Assembly: GCA_002718895.1 (NCBI GenBank)
Contig: PBGD01000022.1
Coordinates: forward strand, 5,220-69,219
Reading direction: 5' to 3'
Source: Flavobacteriales bacterium
GTDB taxonomy: Bacteria > Bacteroidota > Bacteroidia > Flavobacteriales > TMED113
Length of the DNA: 64,000 nucleotides
The notes under the pieces were generated by a model. It was not told where the DNA came from, did no database searches, and saw only the letters and a program-made list of their open reading frames with translations. Numbering within the stretch: the first letter of the stretch is position 1; the number at the start of each line of letters is the position of its first letter. Of this stretch, positions 48,582 through 57,363 are shown piece by piece. The position numbers were made by a program, and so were the translations under genes.

Positions 48582-49367
48582 TTACAAAGAGCTCGTTCTT
48601 CCACCATCAATGGGAAGATTGATACCATTAATATAATCAGCATATTCAGAACACAAAAAAACAACAGCATAAGCAACTTCAGAAGGATTAGCAAATCTTC
48701 CACAAGGAATACTAGACTTCATTTCAAGCCTAATATCATCATGTGATTTTTCCGATTTTTCCGATTTTATTTTTATTAATTCATCTAATCTATTCGTTTG
48801 TGTGGCACCCGGAAGAATATTATTAACAGTTATGCCGTGTTGGCCAAGTTCAGAAGAAATTGTTTTACTCCAATTTGCTACCGCCCCACGCGTTGTATTT
48901 GAAACCCCCAGACCACGAATAGGTTGTTTAACGGAAGTAGAAATTATGTTTATAATTCTACCAAATTTTTGTTTTATCATTTGAGGGACAACTATCTGGA
49001 CTGCCGTTTGAGCAGAAATTAAGTGTTGTTTAAACGCCATAATATACTCTGACGTGTCTGCCTTGTGGCCCAATCCACCTTTTGGCCCCCCAGAATTATT
49101 AATTATAATATCAGCGGTTTTTATTTTTTCTATATTGCTTAGTTTGCTTTCTAGGTTGTCAATATCAGACATGTCTACAGATAAAAAATCATGCTTTTGG
49201 CCACTTTTAACACATAGGCCCCCCAAAACCTCTTCTAATTTATTTTTGTTGCGCGCAATCAATAACACATTAGCACCAACCCTAGAGAGCTCAATGGCAA
49301 TAGAACGACCGATCCCACTAGATGCACCGAACACCCAAGCGTTTTTATTTTTCAGATTTATTTCCAT
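48582..49367 (-). CDS. Short-chain dehydrogenase/reductase-like protein with atypical catalytic motif
   Basis: 261 aa with cofactor loop ..GASSGIGRSIA.. and ..NNSGG... Where YxxxK is expected, my by-eye alignment gives S-N-T-T-R (..GLGVSNTTRGAVANWSK..). Confidence 0.75.
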   Translation of the reverse strand: MEINLKNKNAWVFGASSGIGRSIAIELSRVGANVLLIARNKNKLEEVLGGLCVKSGQKHDFLSVDMSDIDNLESKLSNIEKIKTADIIINNSGGPKGGLGHKADTSEYIMAFKQHLISAQTAVQIVVPQMIKQKFGRIINIISTSVKQPIRGLGVSNTTRGAVANWSKTISSELGQHGITVNNILPGATQTNRLDELIKIKSEKSEKSHDDIRLEMKSSIPCGRFANPSEVAYAVVFLCSEYADYINGINLPIDGGRTSSL

Positions 49368-49448
49368 ATTATCTCAAATATAATTAATTTAACACTATTG
49401 TTTAATCATTATTTTAAAATATAAGTATATAAAAATAAAACCATTATT

Positions 49449-49979
49449 ATGGCAAAAATACCCCCCCCTTTTAATCTAAATCAATGGATAAACAACAATA
49501 AAGACCTTCTTAAACCACCGGTTGGAAATAAAAATCTATATGTTGACTCAGGAGATTATATAGTTATGATTGTTGGTGGCCCTAATGCAAGAAAAGATTA
49601 TCATTATAACGAAACAGAAGAGCTATTTTTTCAAATAAGAGGAAACATAGTTGTAAAAACACAGCAAGATGGAAAAATGATTGAAGTGCCAATAAGAGAG
49701 GGTGAGATGTTTTTACTTCCAGCCAAAATTCCCCATTCTCCAATTAGATCTGAGGGTTCAGTGGGGTTGGTTATTGAAAAGAAAAGAGAACCTCATCATA
49801 AAGATGGCTTGATGTGGTTTTCAGAAAAAGAAAACGCACTTCTCTATGAGGAGTATTTCAAACTGACAAACATCGAAAAAGATTTTTTACCCATTTTTAA
49901 AAAATTTTATAACAATGAAAAGCTAAGAACATGTCCTGTTTCTGGGGACATAATGGAGGTGGATAAAAGATACGTATAA
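49449..49979 (+). CDS. 3-hydroxyanthranilate 3,4-dioxygenase (cupin)
   Basis: 176 aa with ..VGGPNARKDYHYNETEELFFQIRG.. and ..EGEMFLLPAKIPHSPIR.., which match the HAO metal-binding cupin motifs. Confidence 0.9.
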   Translation: MAKIPPPFNLNQWINNNKDLLKPPVGNKNLYVDSGDYIVMIVGGPNARKDYHYNETEELFFQIRGNIVVKTQQDGKMIEVPIREGEMFLLPAKIPHSPIRSEGSVGLVIEKKREPHHKDGLMWFSEKENALLYEEYFKLTNIEKDFLPIFKKFYNNEKLRTCPVSGDIMEVDKRYV

Positions 49980-50053
49980 ATGAGCCGTTTCACACCAACT
50001 CCACTCAAGCCCATAACACAATCTCTTCAATCTATTTTAAAACAACCCCAAAC

Positions 50054-51109
50054 ATGCGAATAAATGGACATGGACACATATTACCAGAGCCCTTTCAAAT
50101 TCCTTCTTTTATGAAGAAAAAAAGGCTTTTTTGGATAGATGAAGACAAAAAAAACATGAGACAAGGTGAGTGGTCAAGGCCAATAAATGGTCCTAACTTT
50201 TTTCTTAAAGAGAAAATGGAATGGATGGATCATCATAAAATTGACCACGCAGTGATGCTATGTCTTTCACAAATGTATTGTAATGGATGGAAAGAACAAG
50301 ATTGTTTAGATGGTATTCGGTTTCAAAATGATTTTAACGCATCAATTCAGGGTGATTACCCTAAAAAATTTACATGTGGTTTTGTGGTCCAACCACTGCA
50401 TATAAATCAAGCACTTAGTGAAATGGAGAGGTGTGTAAAGAAGCTTAAATTAAAACTACTTTGCTTACCAACACACTTTTTAAACAAAAAAAACGAATGG
50501 ATATCTATTGCAGACAAAGAGGTTGATCCAGTTTTTGAATTAGCAAATGACCTTGGAATATCTGTTCAAATACACCCCTACGACGGAGAAAAAATGATTG
50601 CTTTAAAAAATAAATATTGGAGATTTCATTTAATATGGATGATGGCTCAATGTGCTGACACCCTTCATGTATTTACACTTAGAGACCTGCCGAACAAATA
50701 TCCAAAAATAAGAACATGTTTTGCACACGGAGGAATGCTAGGCATTGCTAATTACGGAAGAAGAATACAAGGGTTTGATGCTAGACCTGATATTTTTAAA
50801 AATCTTCATGATCCTCGAAAAACACTGGGGCATAAAAATGTATATTTTGATACATTAGTTCATGATTCATACACCTTAGAGCTTTTAAAAAAAAGAGTAG
50901 GAGTAGATAAAATAATTATGGGAATTGATGACCCCTATCCACTCGGAGAGATTGAGGGTGTGGGAACTTCATACCCCGGCAGAGTTCTCGATTATGCGCA
51001 TGAAGTGGGTATATTAACTACACAAGAGCACAAGGATATATGGCACAAGAATGTGCTAAATTGGCTTGGACTGAGCAAAAAGGAATTTGCAAACAAAATA
51101 CACTTATAA
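50054..51109 (+). CDS. Amidohydrolase_2 family decarboxylase, ACMSD-like (2-amino-3-carboxymuconate-6-semialdehyde decarboxylase)
   Basis: 351 aa. The N-terminus MRINGHGHILPEP parallels the ACMSD MKIDIHSHILPKE (HxH metal ligands). ..CFAHGGM.., ..YFDTLVHD.. and ..DDPYPLGE.. align with ACMSD. Confidence 0.8.
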   Translation: MRINGHGHILPEPFQIPSFMKKKRLFWIDEDKKNMRQGEWSRPINGPNFFLKEKMEWMDHHKIDHAVMLCLSQMYCNGWKEQDCLDGIRFQNDFNASIQGDYPKKFTCGFVVQPLHINQALSEMERCVKKLKLKLLCLPTHFLNKKNEWISIADKEVDPVFELANDLGISVQIHPYDGEKMIALKNKYWRFHLIWMMAQCADTLHVFTLRDLPNKYPKIRTCFAHGGMLGIANYGRRIQGFDARPDIFKNLHDPRKTLGHKNVYFDTLVHDSYTLELLKKRVGVDKIIMGIDDPYPLGEIEGVGTSYPGRVLDYAHEVGILTTQEHKDIWHKNVLNWLGLSKKEFANKIHL

Positions 51110-51120
51110 TATTTTAAAAT

Positions 51121-53010
51121 ATGAGCGACCATATCAAACATGAGTGTGGAATAGCACTTTTAAGACTTTTAAAACCCGCAGAATACTATCAAAAAAAATA
51201 CAAATCGTCATTTTATGGCCTTAACAAAATGTATCTCTTGATGCAAAAACAGGTTAACAGGGGACAGGATGGGGCCGGCTTAGTTAATATTAAACTTAAC
51301 ACAGAACCTGGAAGGCCATACATATCTAGAAGAAGATCAGTTGATAATAACGCAATTCAAGATCTGTTTCTTAAAATAGGCGACAATTTAAAGAAGATAC
51401 AATCAAGCTACCCCAACAAGTTTAAAAACACAGATTGGTTAAAATTAAATTGTCCTTTTACAGGTGAACTATTTCTAGGTCACCTTAGATATGGAACATA
51501 TGGAAAAAACAGCATTACACAGTGTCACCCATTTCTTCGACAGAATAATTGGAGATCCAGAAATTTAGTTTTAGCTGGAAATTTTAACATGACAAACGTT
51601 GACGAGTTGTTAAAACAGTTAATTGAAATAGGACAACACCCTAAAGAAAAATCAGACACTGTAACAATTTTAGAGAAAATAGGACACTTTACCGATGAGG
51701 AAAATGATAGAATTTATCAGAAACATCGTAATTCTTCATCATCAAATATCGAGTTGTCAAAAAAAATTGAGGATAATCTAGATGTTTCTAACATTTTAAA
51801 AAAAGCGTCAAAAAATTGGGATGGTGGATATGTAATGGCCGGCATGCTGGGACACGGAGACGCTTTTGTTTTAAGAGATCCACATGGAATACGCCCAGGA
51901 TATTATTTTAATAATGATGAATTTGTTGTGGTTACGTCTGAGAGACCAGTAATTCAAACAGCCTTTAATATCGAACAAAAAAATATTAAAGAAATTAACC
52001 CAGGAGGCTCGATTATAATCAAAAAGAATGGTGAGGTTCAGGTGAAACAAATAATACAACCAAAAGAAAAAAAATCATGTTCCTTTGAAAGGATATACTT
52101 TTCCAGGGGTAATGATAATGAAATTTATAAAGAGCGTAAAAAATTAGGGTCTTATTTGGTTCCAACTATTCTTAAATCAATTAAAAACAACCTTGATGAC
52201 ACAGTATTTTCATACATTCCCAATACAGCAGAAACTGCATTTCATGGACTTATATCTGGCTTAGAAGATCATTTAAATAAAGAAAAAAAGAAACTTCTTG
52301 AGTTCAAAAAATTAGAAGAATTAAAATTCTTAATAGAAAAAAAAATACGGGTAGAAAAAATGGCAGTAAAGGATGCTAAACTTAGAACATTTATCACCTC
52401 AGACACAGATAGGGACGGTCTTGTTGGGCATGTTTATGACGTTACTTATGGTGTTGCACAACCAAAAGACACGCTAGTGGTTTTAGATGACAGTATCGTC
52501 AGGGGCACCACATTAAAAAAAAGTATTTTGAGAATTTTAGACCGTCTTGATCTTACCAAAATAATAGTTGTTTCATCAGCGCCTCAAATCAGATACCCTG
52601 ACTGTTATGGAATAGACATGGCTAAACTTGGGGATTTTATTGCATTTAAAGCGGTTATTTCTTTATTAAACAAATCAGAAAATGGAAAAAATATAATTCA
52701 AGACACCTACGAAAAATGCAAAAAAGCAATTGTAGACGGCACAGCTAAACAAACCAACTATCTGAAAAACTTATATAAACCCTTTACCGACACAGAAATT
52801 TCAAATGAAGTAAGTGAATTATTAAAAACAGACAACATAAAAACAGATTTTGAAATAATTTTTCAAACAGTAGAAAAACTACATCTATCCTGTCCAAATC
52901 ATTTGGGGGATTGGTATTTTACAGGGGAATACCCAACACCAGGAGGCAACCTTGTTGCAAACAAATCTTTTATATATTATATGGAGGGCAACAGGTCCAG
53001 GGCCTATTAA
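51121..53010 (+). CDS. purF: Amidophosphoribosyltransferase (long Bacteroidota-type class II)
   Basis: 629 aa with an N-terminal propeptide then the nucleophile Cys (..HECGIALL..), and PRPP-binding ..VVLDDSIVRGTT... Confidence 0.9.
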   Translation: MSDHIKHECGIALLRLLKPAEYYQKKYKSSFYGLNKMYLLMQKQVNRGQDGAGLVNIKLNTEPGRPYISRRRSVDNNAIQDLFLKIGDNLKKIQSSYPNKFKNTDWLKLNCPFTGELFLGHLRYGTYGKNSITQCHPFLRQNNWRSRNLVLAGNFNMTNVDELLKQLIEIGQHPKEKSDTVTILEKIGHFTDEENDRIYQKHRNSSSSNIELSKKIEDNLDVSNILKKASKNWDGGYVMAGMLGHGDAFVLRDPHGIRPGYYFNNDEFVVVTSERPVIQTAFNIEQKNIKEINPGGSIIIKKNGEVQVKQIIQPKEKKSCSFERIYFSRGNDNEIYKERKKLGSYLVPTILKSIKNNLDDTVFSYIPNTAETAFHGLISGLEDHLNKEKKKLLEFKKLEELKFLIEKKIRVEKMAVKDAKLRTFITSDTDRDGLVGHVYDVTYGVAQPKDTLVVLDDSIVRGTTLKKSILRILDRLDLTKIIVVSSAPQIRYPDCYGIDMAKLGDFIAFKAVISLLNKSENGKNIIQDTYEKCKKAIVDGTAKQTNYLKNLYKPFTDTEISNEVSELLKTDNIKTDFEIIFQTVEKLHLSCPNHLGDWYFTGEYPTPGGNLVANKSFIYYMEGNRSRAY

Positions 53011-53901
53011 TTAAAAGTATTTTTTTTGGATAGCCCTAGCCAAAGATTTAGCTGAATTAGGACATCTTCTAAACCAAAGTTCAGGCTCAATAAGCTCTAA
53101 TTCTGAAAGAGCTATTTTGCCATTATTGTCCACCATAATATCCACCCGAGCATATATAGGTGTTTCATTAATTTTAGAGATTACATTTTTTGCAAAAATA
53201 AGCTCTTTTTTTGAGGGCCTATATTCATGTATGGTCCCCCCAAAGTCATCTTGAACACGAAAATCTCCCGGCTTTGCTAATTTTTTTATCGCGTGTGAAT
53301 AATTCCCATCAATCATTATAATAGACACCTCCCCAAAAGACTCAATGTTTTTTTGATACTCCTGAACCAACATATCATTCGTTGTTGTTAATTTTTTAAA
53401 CACAGCCTCAAAACCATTAACGTTATCCTCGGAAATTCGATATGTGCTCCATGCGGCAGCAGATACACAGGGCTTAATAACTATCTCCTTCCATTTGTTT
53501 TGCCTTATAATATCCGTTAACTTAACGGTGGAGTTTTTTTTAACCAGTATTGAATTAGGAATATTAACACCACCCATACTTAGCTCTAGTAAATACCTTT
53601 TGTCTAAATTCCAAATAATTTGTTCATAGGAATTAATCATAGTAGTGTGACCACGATGCTTCTGTAAAAATTCAGTAAACTGATTTAGCTTCTCAAAGTA
53701 ATTCCAAGTTGTTCTAAATACAAAAAAATCAAAAACAGACAAATCTTCACTAGAATCCCAAGCAACCCTAGAACAATCTAGATTAAGACGCTTTAACTCT
53801 GAAACAATAAGGTTGTCTTCAGTAATAATATTGTCAATATACCAGTTGTTTTCAACGGGGTTAAGATATCTTTCTTCTGTTAAAACCCCTATTTTATGCA
53901 T
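53011..53901 (-). CDS. ATP-grasp fold protein (RimK/GshB-like), substrate unknown
   Basis: 296 aa with ..EIVIKPCVSAAAWSTYRI.., ..VQEYQKNIESFGEVSIIMIDG.. and ..ARVDIMVDNNGKIALSELELIEPELWF.., which resemble ATP-grasp nucleotide- and Mg-binding segments. Confidence 0.5.
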   Translation of the reverse strand: MHKIGVLTEERYLNPVENNWYIDNIITEDNLIVSELKRLNLDCSRVAWDSSEDLSVFDFFVFRTTWNYFEKLNQFTEFLQKHRGHTTMINSYEQIIWNLDKRYLLELSMGGVNIPNSILVKKNSTVKLTDIIRQNKWKEIVIKPCVSAAAWSTYRISEDNVNGFEAVFKKLTTTNDMLVQEYQKNIESFGEVSIIMIDGNYSHAIKKLAKPGDFRVQDDFGGTIHEYRPSKKELIFAKNVISKINETPIYARVDIMVDNNGKIALSELELIEPELWFRRCPNSAKSLARAIQKKYF

Positions 53902-53953
53902 TAATTTTCAAAAGCTTGTTTTTAACAATTAACTCTATCAAAATCAACAATAG

Positions 53954-56113
53954 TTAATTAGCCTTAATGAGAGTTAGTTCGTCAATTATATTTGAAGCAC
54001 CAGCAAACTTGTCAATTATAAATACAATATATCTAGCATCTACAGATATAGTTCTTTGGAGCTCGTGTTCAAAAGCAATATCCCCACTCATTGCTTCCCA
54101 ATTTCCATCAAAAGCACAACCAATTAAGTGTCCATGTTTGTTTATAACAGGAGATCCAGAGTTCCCCCCAGTAATGTCATTGTTAGAAATAAAACAAATA
54201 TTTAATTCACCATTTTCATTTGCATAAGGCCCATAATCTTGAGCATTATATAGTTCTACAATTTTCTGAGGAACAACAAATTCAGGGTTATCATTATCCA
54301 TTTTTTCCATCACCCCATCTAAGGTTGTTACATAATCATAAAGCACAGCATTCCTTGGTTGATACTCACCGACACTTCCGTATGAAAGTCTCATTGTAAA
54401 ATTGGCATTTGGATAAAAAACCTTGTTGGGCATCATTTTTTTCAAACCATCTATAAACAACCTTTCAGCTATTTGGATCGATTTTTGAGGAACAGTTCTT
54501 TGGGGAACAATATTTGTAAAATAGTTATCCAAAATCGACTTTTGTACAATATAACAAGGATCTTTAATAATAATTTTTTTAGAAGGTTTTTCTAGAAAAG
54601 ACAGCATCTTGTCTTTGTCAACAAAAATAGATTTTGAATACATGACTTTTCCCCATTTTTCAAAGTCGCCCTTGTATTTTTTTTGCATTTTATTTATAAT
54701 ATCAGGTAGTTGTTCAGCTGGTACATTTTGAACATACATTTCCATCATTTTGACAAAAATCTCTAAATCAACTTTTTTACTATATTCTTTAAAGCTATTT
54801 TCAACCTCTTTTTTAAAATTTAAAACCCCCACATCTATTAAAGAGTCTACACCACTATCTAATGCTTTAATAAGTCGCTCGGAGCGTCTAGCTAGTTTTA
54901 TAAAGTTTGCCCCTCCCCACGCCGCTTCATTTAGGTATATTCTAGGCAGTGTGGTTTTGTCCAACTCCTTTTGTGCCAATTTCATGTTACCTAAAATACT
55001 GCCATAGATAAGCTCATTCTCCTCACTTAAGTTGACAAAGTCATTGAATTTTTTTTCTAAATCTTGTTTTTTTTCAAAAACTCGTAGTCTTTTTAATCCT
55101 TTTGTTTGACCAATGTAATACTTCCAATAGTTTGATACACGCGCCTTTTTACTTGCATACATAATGTCAATTGCTCTATCAGAAGCCATATGCTTATTTA
55201 AAATATTTAATTTTTCTTCCCTAACTTTTACCACGTTAGGATTATATAAAGAAATTGCAGATTTAACGCCAAATGAAGACAAGTACCTGTCTGTTCCCCC
55301 AGGGTAGCCCATCACCATTGTAAAATCACCCTCTTTAACGCCATCTAAAGAAATCGGCAAGTGATGTTTTGGTTTTAGCGGCACGTTGTCTACACTATAT
55401 TCGGCAGGTTTTCCATCGGGGGAAGTATACACTCTAAACAAGGCAAAATCACCAGTGTGTCTGGGCCACATCCAGTTGTCGGTATCGCCTCCAAATTTAC
55501 CAATTGACTCTGGTGGTGTGCCAACTAATCGCACATCATTATATCTTTCATAAAGAAATAAATAATATTCTCCACCCCCAAAGAAAGGTTTTATTTCTGC
55601 CCAGTAATGATTGTCATTAGTGGCCTCCTCTTTCATTTTTGTAATTCGTTCGCCGATTAATTTTTCTCTTACATCTTCAGGTGTGCTATATGATATGCTG
55701 TCAAGGATTTTTTGTGAAACATCCTCCATTTTTATTAAAAAATCAACAAATAGATCTTCATTGGGAATTTCTTCTTTGTTAGATTTTGCCCAAAAACCAT
55801 TACCCAAGTAATCATTATCAACTGAGCTAAGATTTTGAATAGCATCGTAACCACAATGGTGGTTAGTTAGCAATAGGCCTTTGTCAGAAATAATCTCACC
55901 CGTGCAATATCCATTAAAACTTACAACAGCGTCTTTAATTGAAGAGTTGTTGATACTATAAATTTCTTCAGCAGTTAATTGTAGTCCCATTTCCTTCATG
56001 GTTTCCATATTAAATTGTTCAATTAATAGGGGAAGCCACATACCCTCATCACACTTTGTTTTCGTTTGTGTAAGAACTAGACTAAAAATTAGAATTATAA
56101 GAGTTTTTTTCAT
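53954..56113 (-). CDS. S46 family dipeptidyl-peptidase (DPP7/DPP11-like)
   Basis: 719 aa with a signal peptide then the hallmark ..CDEGMWLP.., His region ..LLTNHHCGYD.. and catalytic Ser in ..TGGNSGSPVIN... Confidence 0.9.
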   Translation of the reverse strand: MKKTLIILIFSLVLTQTKTKCDEGMWLPLLIEQFNMETMKEMGLQLTAEEIYSINNSSIKDAVVSFNGYCTGEIISDKGLLLTNHHCGYDAIQNLSSVDNDYLGNGFWAKSNKEEIPNEDLFVDFLIKMEDVSQKILDSISYSTPEDVREKLIGERITKMKEEATNDNHYWAEIKPFFGGGEYYLFLYERYNDVRLVGTPPESIGKFGGDTDNWMWPRHTGDFALFRVYTSPDGKPAEYSVDNVPLKPKHHLPISLDGVKEGDFTMVMGYPGGTDRYLSSFGVKSAISLYNPNVVKVREEKLNILNKHMASDRAIDIMYASKKARVSNYWKYYIGQTKGLKRLRVFEKKQDLEKKFNDFVNLSEENELIYGSILGNMKLAQKELDKTTLPRIYLNEAAWGGANFIKLARRSERLIKALDSGVDSLIDVGVLNFKKEVENSFKEYSKKVDLEIFVKMMEMYVQNVPAEQLPDIINKMQKKYKGDFEKWGKVMYSKSIFVDKDKMLSFLEKPSKKIIIKDPCYIVQKSILDNYFTNIVPQRTVPQKSIQIAERLFIDGLKKMMPNKVFYPNANFTMRLSYGSVGEYQPRNAVLYDYVTTLDGVMEKMDNDNPEFVVPQKIVELYNAQDYGPYANENGELNICFISNNDITGGNSGSPVINKHGHLIGCAFDGNWEAMSGDIAFEHELQRTISVDARYIVFIIDKFAGASNIIDELTLIKAN

Positions 56114-56114
56114 G

Positions 56115-56633
56115 TCATTTTCGGTTTTTTAAATTTTTAAATAATGGAACACTAGAACAGGGTTCGCCATAAAACAAGCTTTTTACATGCGGAGACAAAA
56201 ACTCTACACAAAGTGACAAAACGCCAGTTGGATAATTTTTTCCAGAGCACACTTTTAAAAAAACAGTTTTATTTTCATAATCTTTTAAGTTTATCTTTTT
56301 CAATGATGTTTGGAACAGTAAAAGTTCCATAGAAATCAAACTGCAAAAGAAAACACGTTTTGCAATATTAAGCAATTTAACTTGAATAAATAAATAAGCC
56401 CACGGCGGAATTATAGCATCTTTAGAGCAGGTTATAGCCACAAAACAGTCCTTATACTGACCCCAATCATAGGAATTTAACTCTTTTTTGAAATCAGCTT
56501 CAATAATAATAGGATTATTTTTGAGAAATATTGCAAAATCTAACTCTTTGCGTACACCCACAGCTTGCAGATTTGAGACCTCAAAAATGACTAGACCAGC
56601 GTCTTGCACCTTATTTTGAATTCCACCTTCCAT
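56115..56633 (-). CDS. Conserved hypothetical protein at the end of the SUF cluster (DUF2480-like)
   Basis: 172-aa ORF abutting the DUF59 gene. The family name is recalled from the usual Flavobacteriia SUF neighbourhood, and I recognise no catalytic motif. Confidence 0.4.
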   Translation of the reverse strand: MEGGIQNKVQDAGLVIFEVSNLQAVGVRKELDFAIFLKNNPIIIEADFKKELNSYDWGQYKDCFVAITCSKDAIIPPWAYLFIQVKLLNIAKRVFFCSLISMELLLFQTSLKKINLKDYENKTVFLKVCSGKNYPTGVLSLCVEFLSPHVKSLFYGEPCSSVPLFKNLKNRK

Positions 56634-56951
56634 CTACATGAACCCAAGTTCTAGTTTAGCTTCCTCCGACATCATACTTTTGTCCCATGGAGGATCCCAA
56701 GTTATGTCAATTTCGACAGAATTAACCTTTGAAATTTCTTGAATTTTATTTTTCACCTCTATTGGTAAAGACTCTGCAACTGGACAGTTGGGCGTAGTAA
56801 ATGTCATTAATATCTTTACATCGAATTCTTTACTAATCTGGACATCGTAAATTAAACCAAGTTCATAAATACTAACAGGAATTTCTGGATCATATATTTC
56901 GGACAGAACCGCTACAATATTTTCAGCAAGTTTGTTTATACTACTTGACAT
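56634..56951 (-). CDS. DUF59/SufT-like Fe-S assembly protein
   Basis: 105 aa with ..VYDPEIPVSIYELGLIY.. and ..MTFTTPNCPVAE.., the DUF59 conserved Cys motif. Confidence 0.8.
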   Translation of the reverse strand: MSSSINKLAENIVAVLSEIYDPEIPVSIYELGLIYDVQISKEFDVKILMTFTTPNCPVAESLPIEVKNKIQEISKVNSVEIDITWDPPWDKSMMSEEAKLELGFM

Positions 56952-56960
56952 AATATGAAT

Positions 56961-57359
56961 TTATTTTTTAGCGAAATTAATAATTTTCTGTAACATTAGA
57001 TTCAAACCATTACTTCTTGTCATTGACAGCTTGCTTCGTAACCCGATCTTTTCAAAAAAGGCCTTGTCGAAATTAACAATTTCATCTTTATCTAAACCAG
57101 AGAAGACCTTAATAATTAATGCAACAAGGCCCTTGGTAATTAGCGCATCACTATCACCATAAAAGAAACACTTGTTGTTTTTTTCTTCACAATACAACCA
57201 AACTTTGGATTGACACCCAACTATTAGATTGGCATCTGTACGAAGACCTTTATTTAAAGGGTCAAGTTCCCGGCCCAGATCAATAATATACTCGTACTTT
57301 TCTTCCCACGAATCAAACAATAAAAAACTATCAACTATTTCTTTCAATCCTTTATGCAT
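56961..57359 (-). CDS. sufE: Cysteine desulfuration protein SufE
   Basis: 132 aa with ..VGCQSKVWL.., the SufE persulfide-acceptor Cys motif. Confidence 0.85.
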   Translation of the reverse strand: MHKGLKEIVDSFLLFDSWEEKYEYIIDLGRELDPLNKGLRTDANLIVGCQSKVWLYCEEKNNKCFFYGDSDALITKGLVALIIKVFSGLDKDEIVNFDKAFFEKIGLRSKLSMTRSNGLNLMLQKIINFAKK

Positions 57360-57363
57360 AAAA

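Noticed and set aside
49981-50064. 27-codon ORF (MSRFTPTPLKPITQSLQSILKQPQTCE) filling the HAO-ACMSD spacer. It starts at the HAO stop (TAAATG) and overlaps the ACMSD start.
   Set aside because: It has no motif and no obvious ribosome-binding context. ACMSD aligns from its own Met (MRINGHGHILP), so this is not a lost N-terminus. Most likely it is a chance ORF, though conservation in relatives could revive it.
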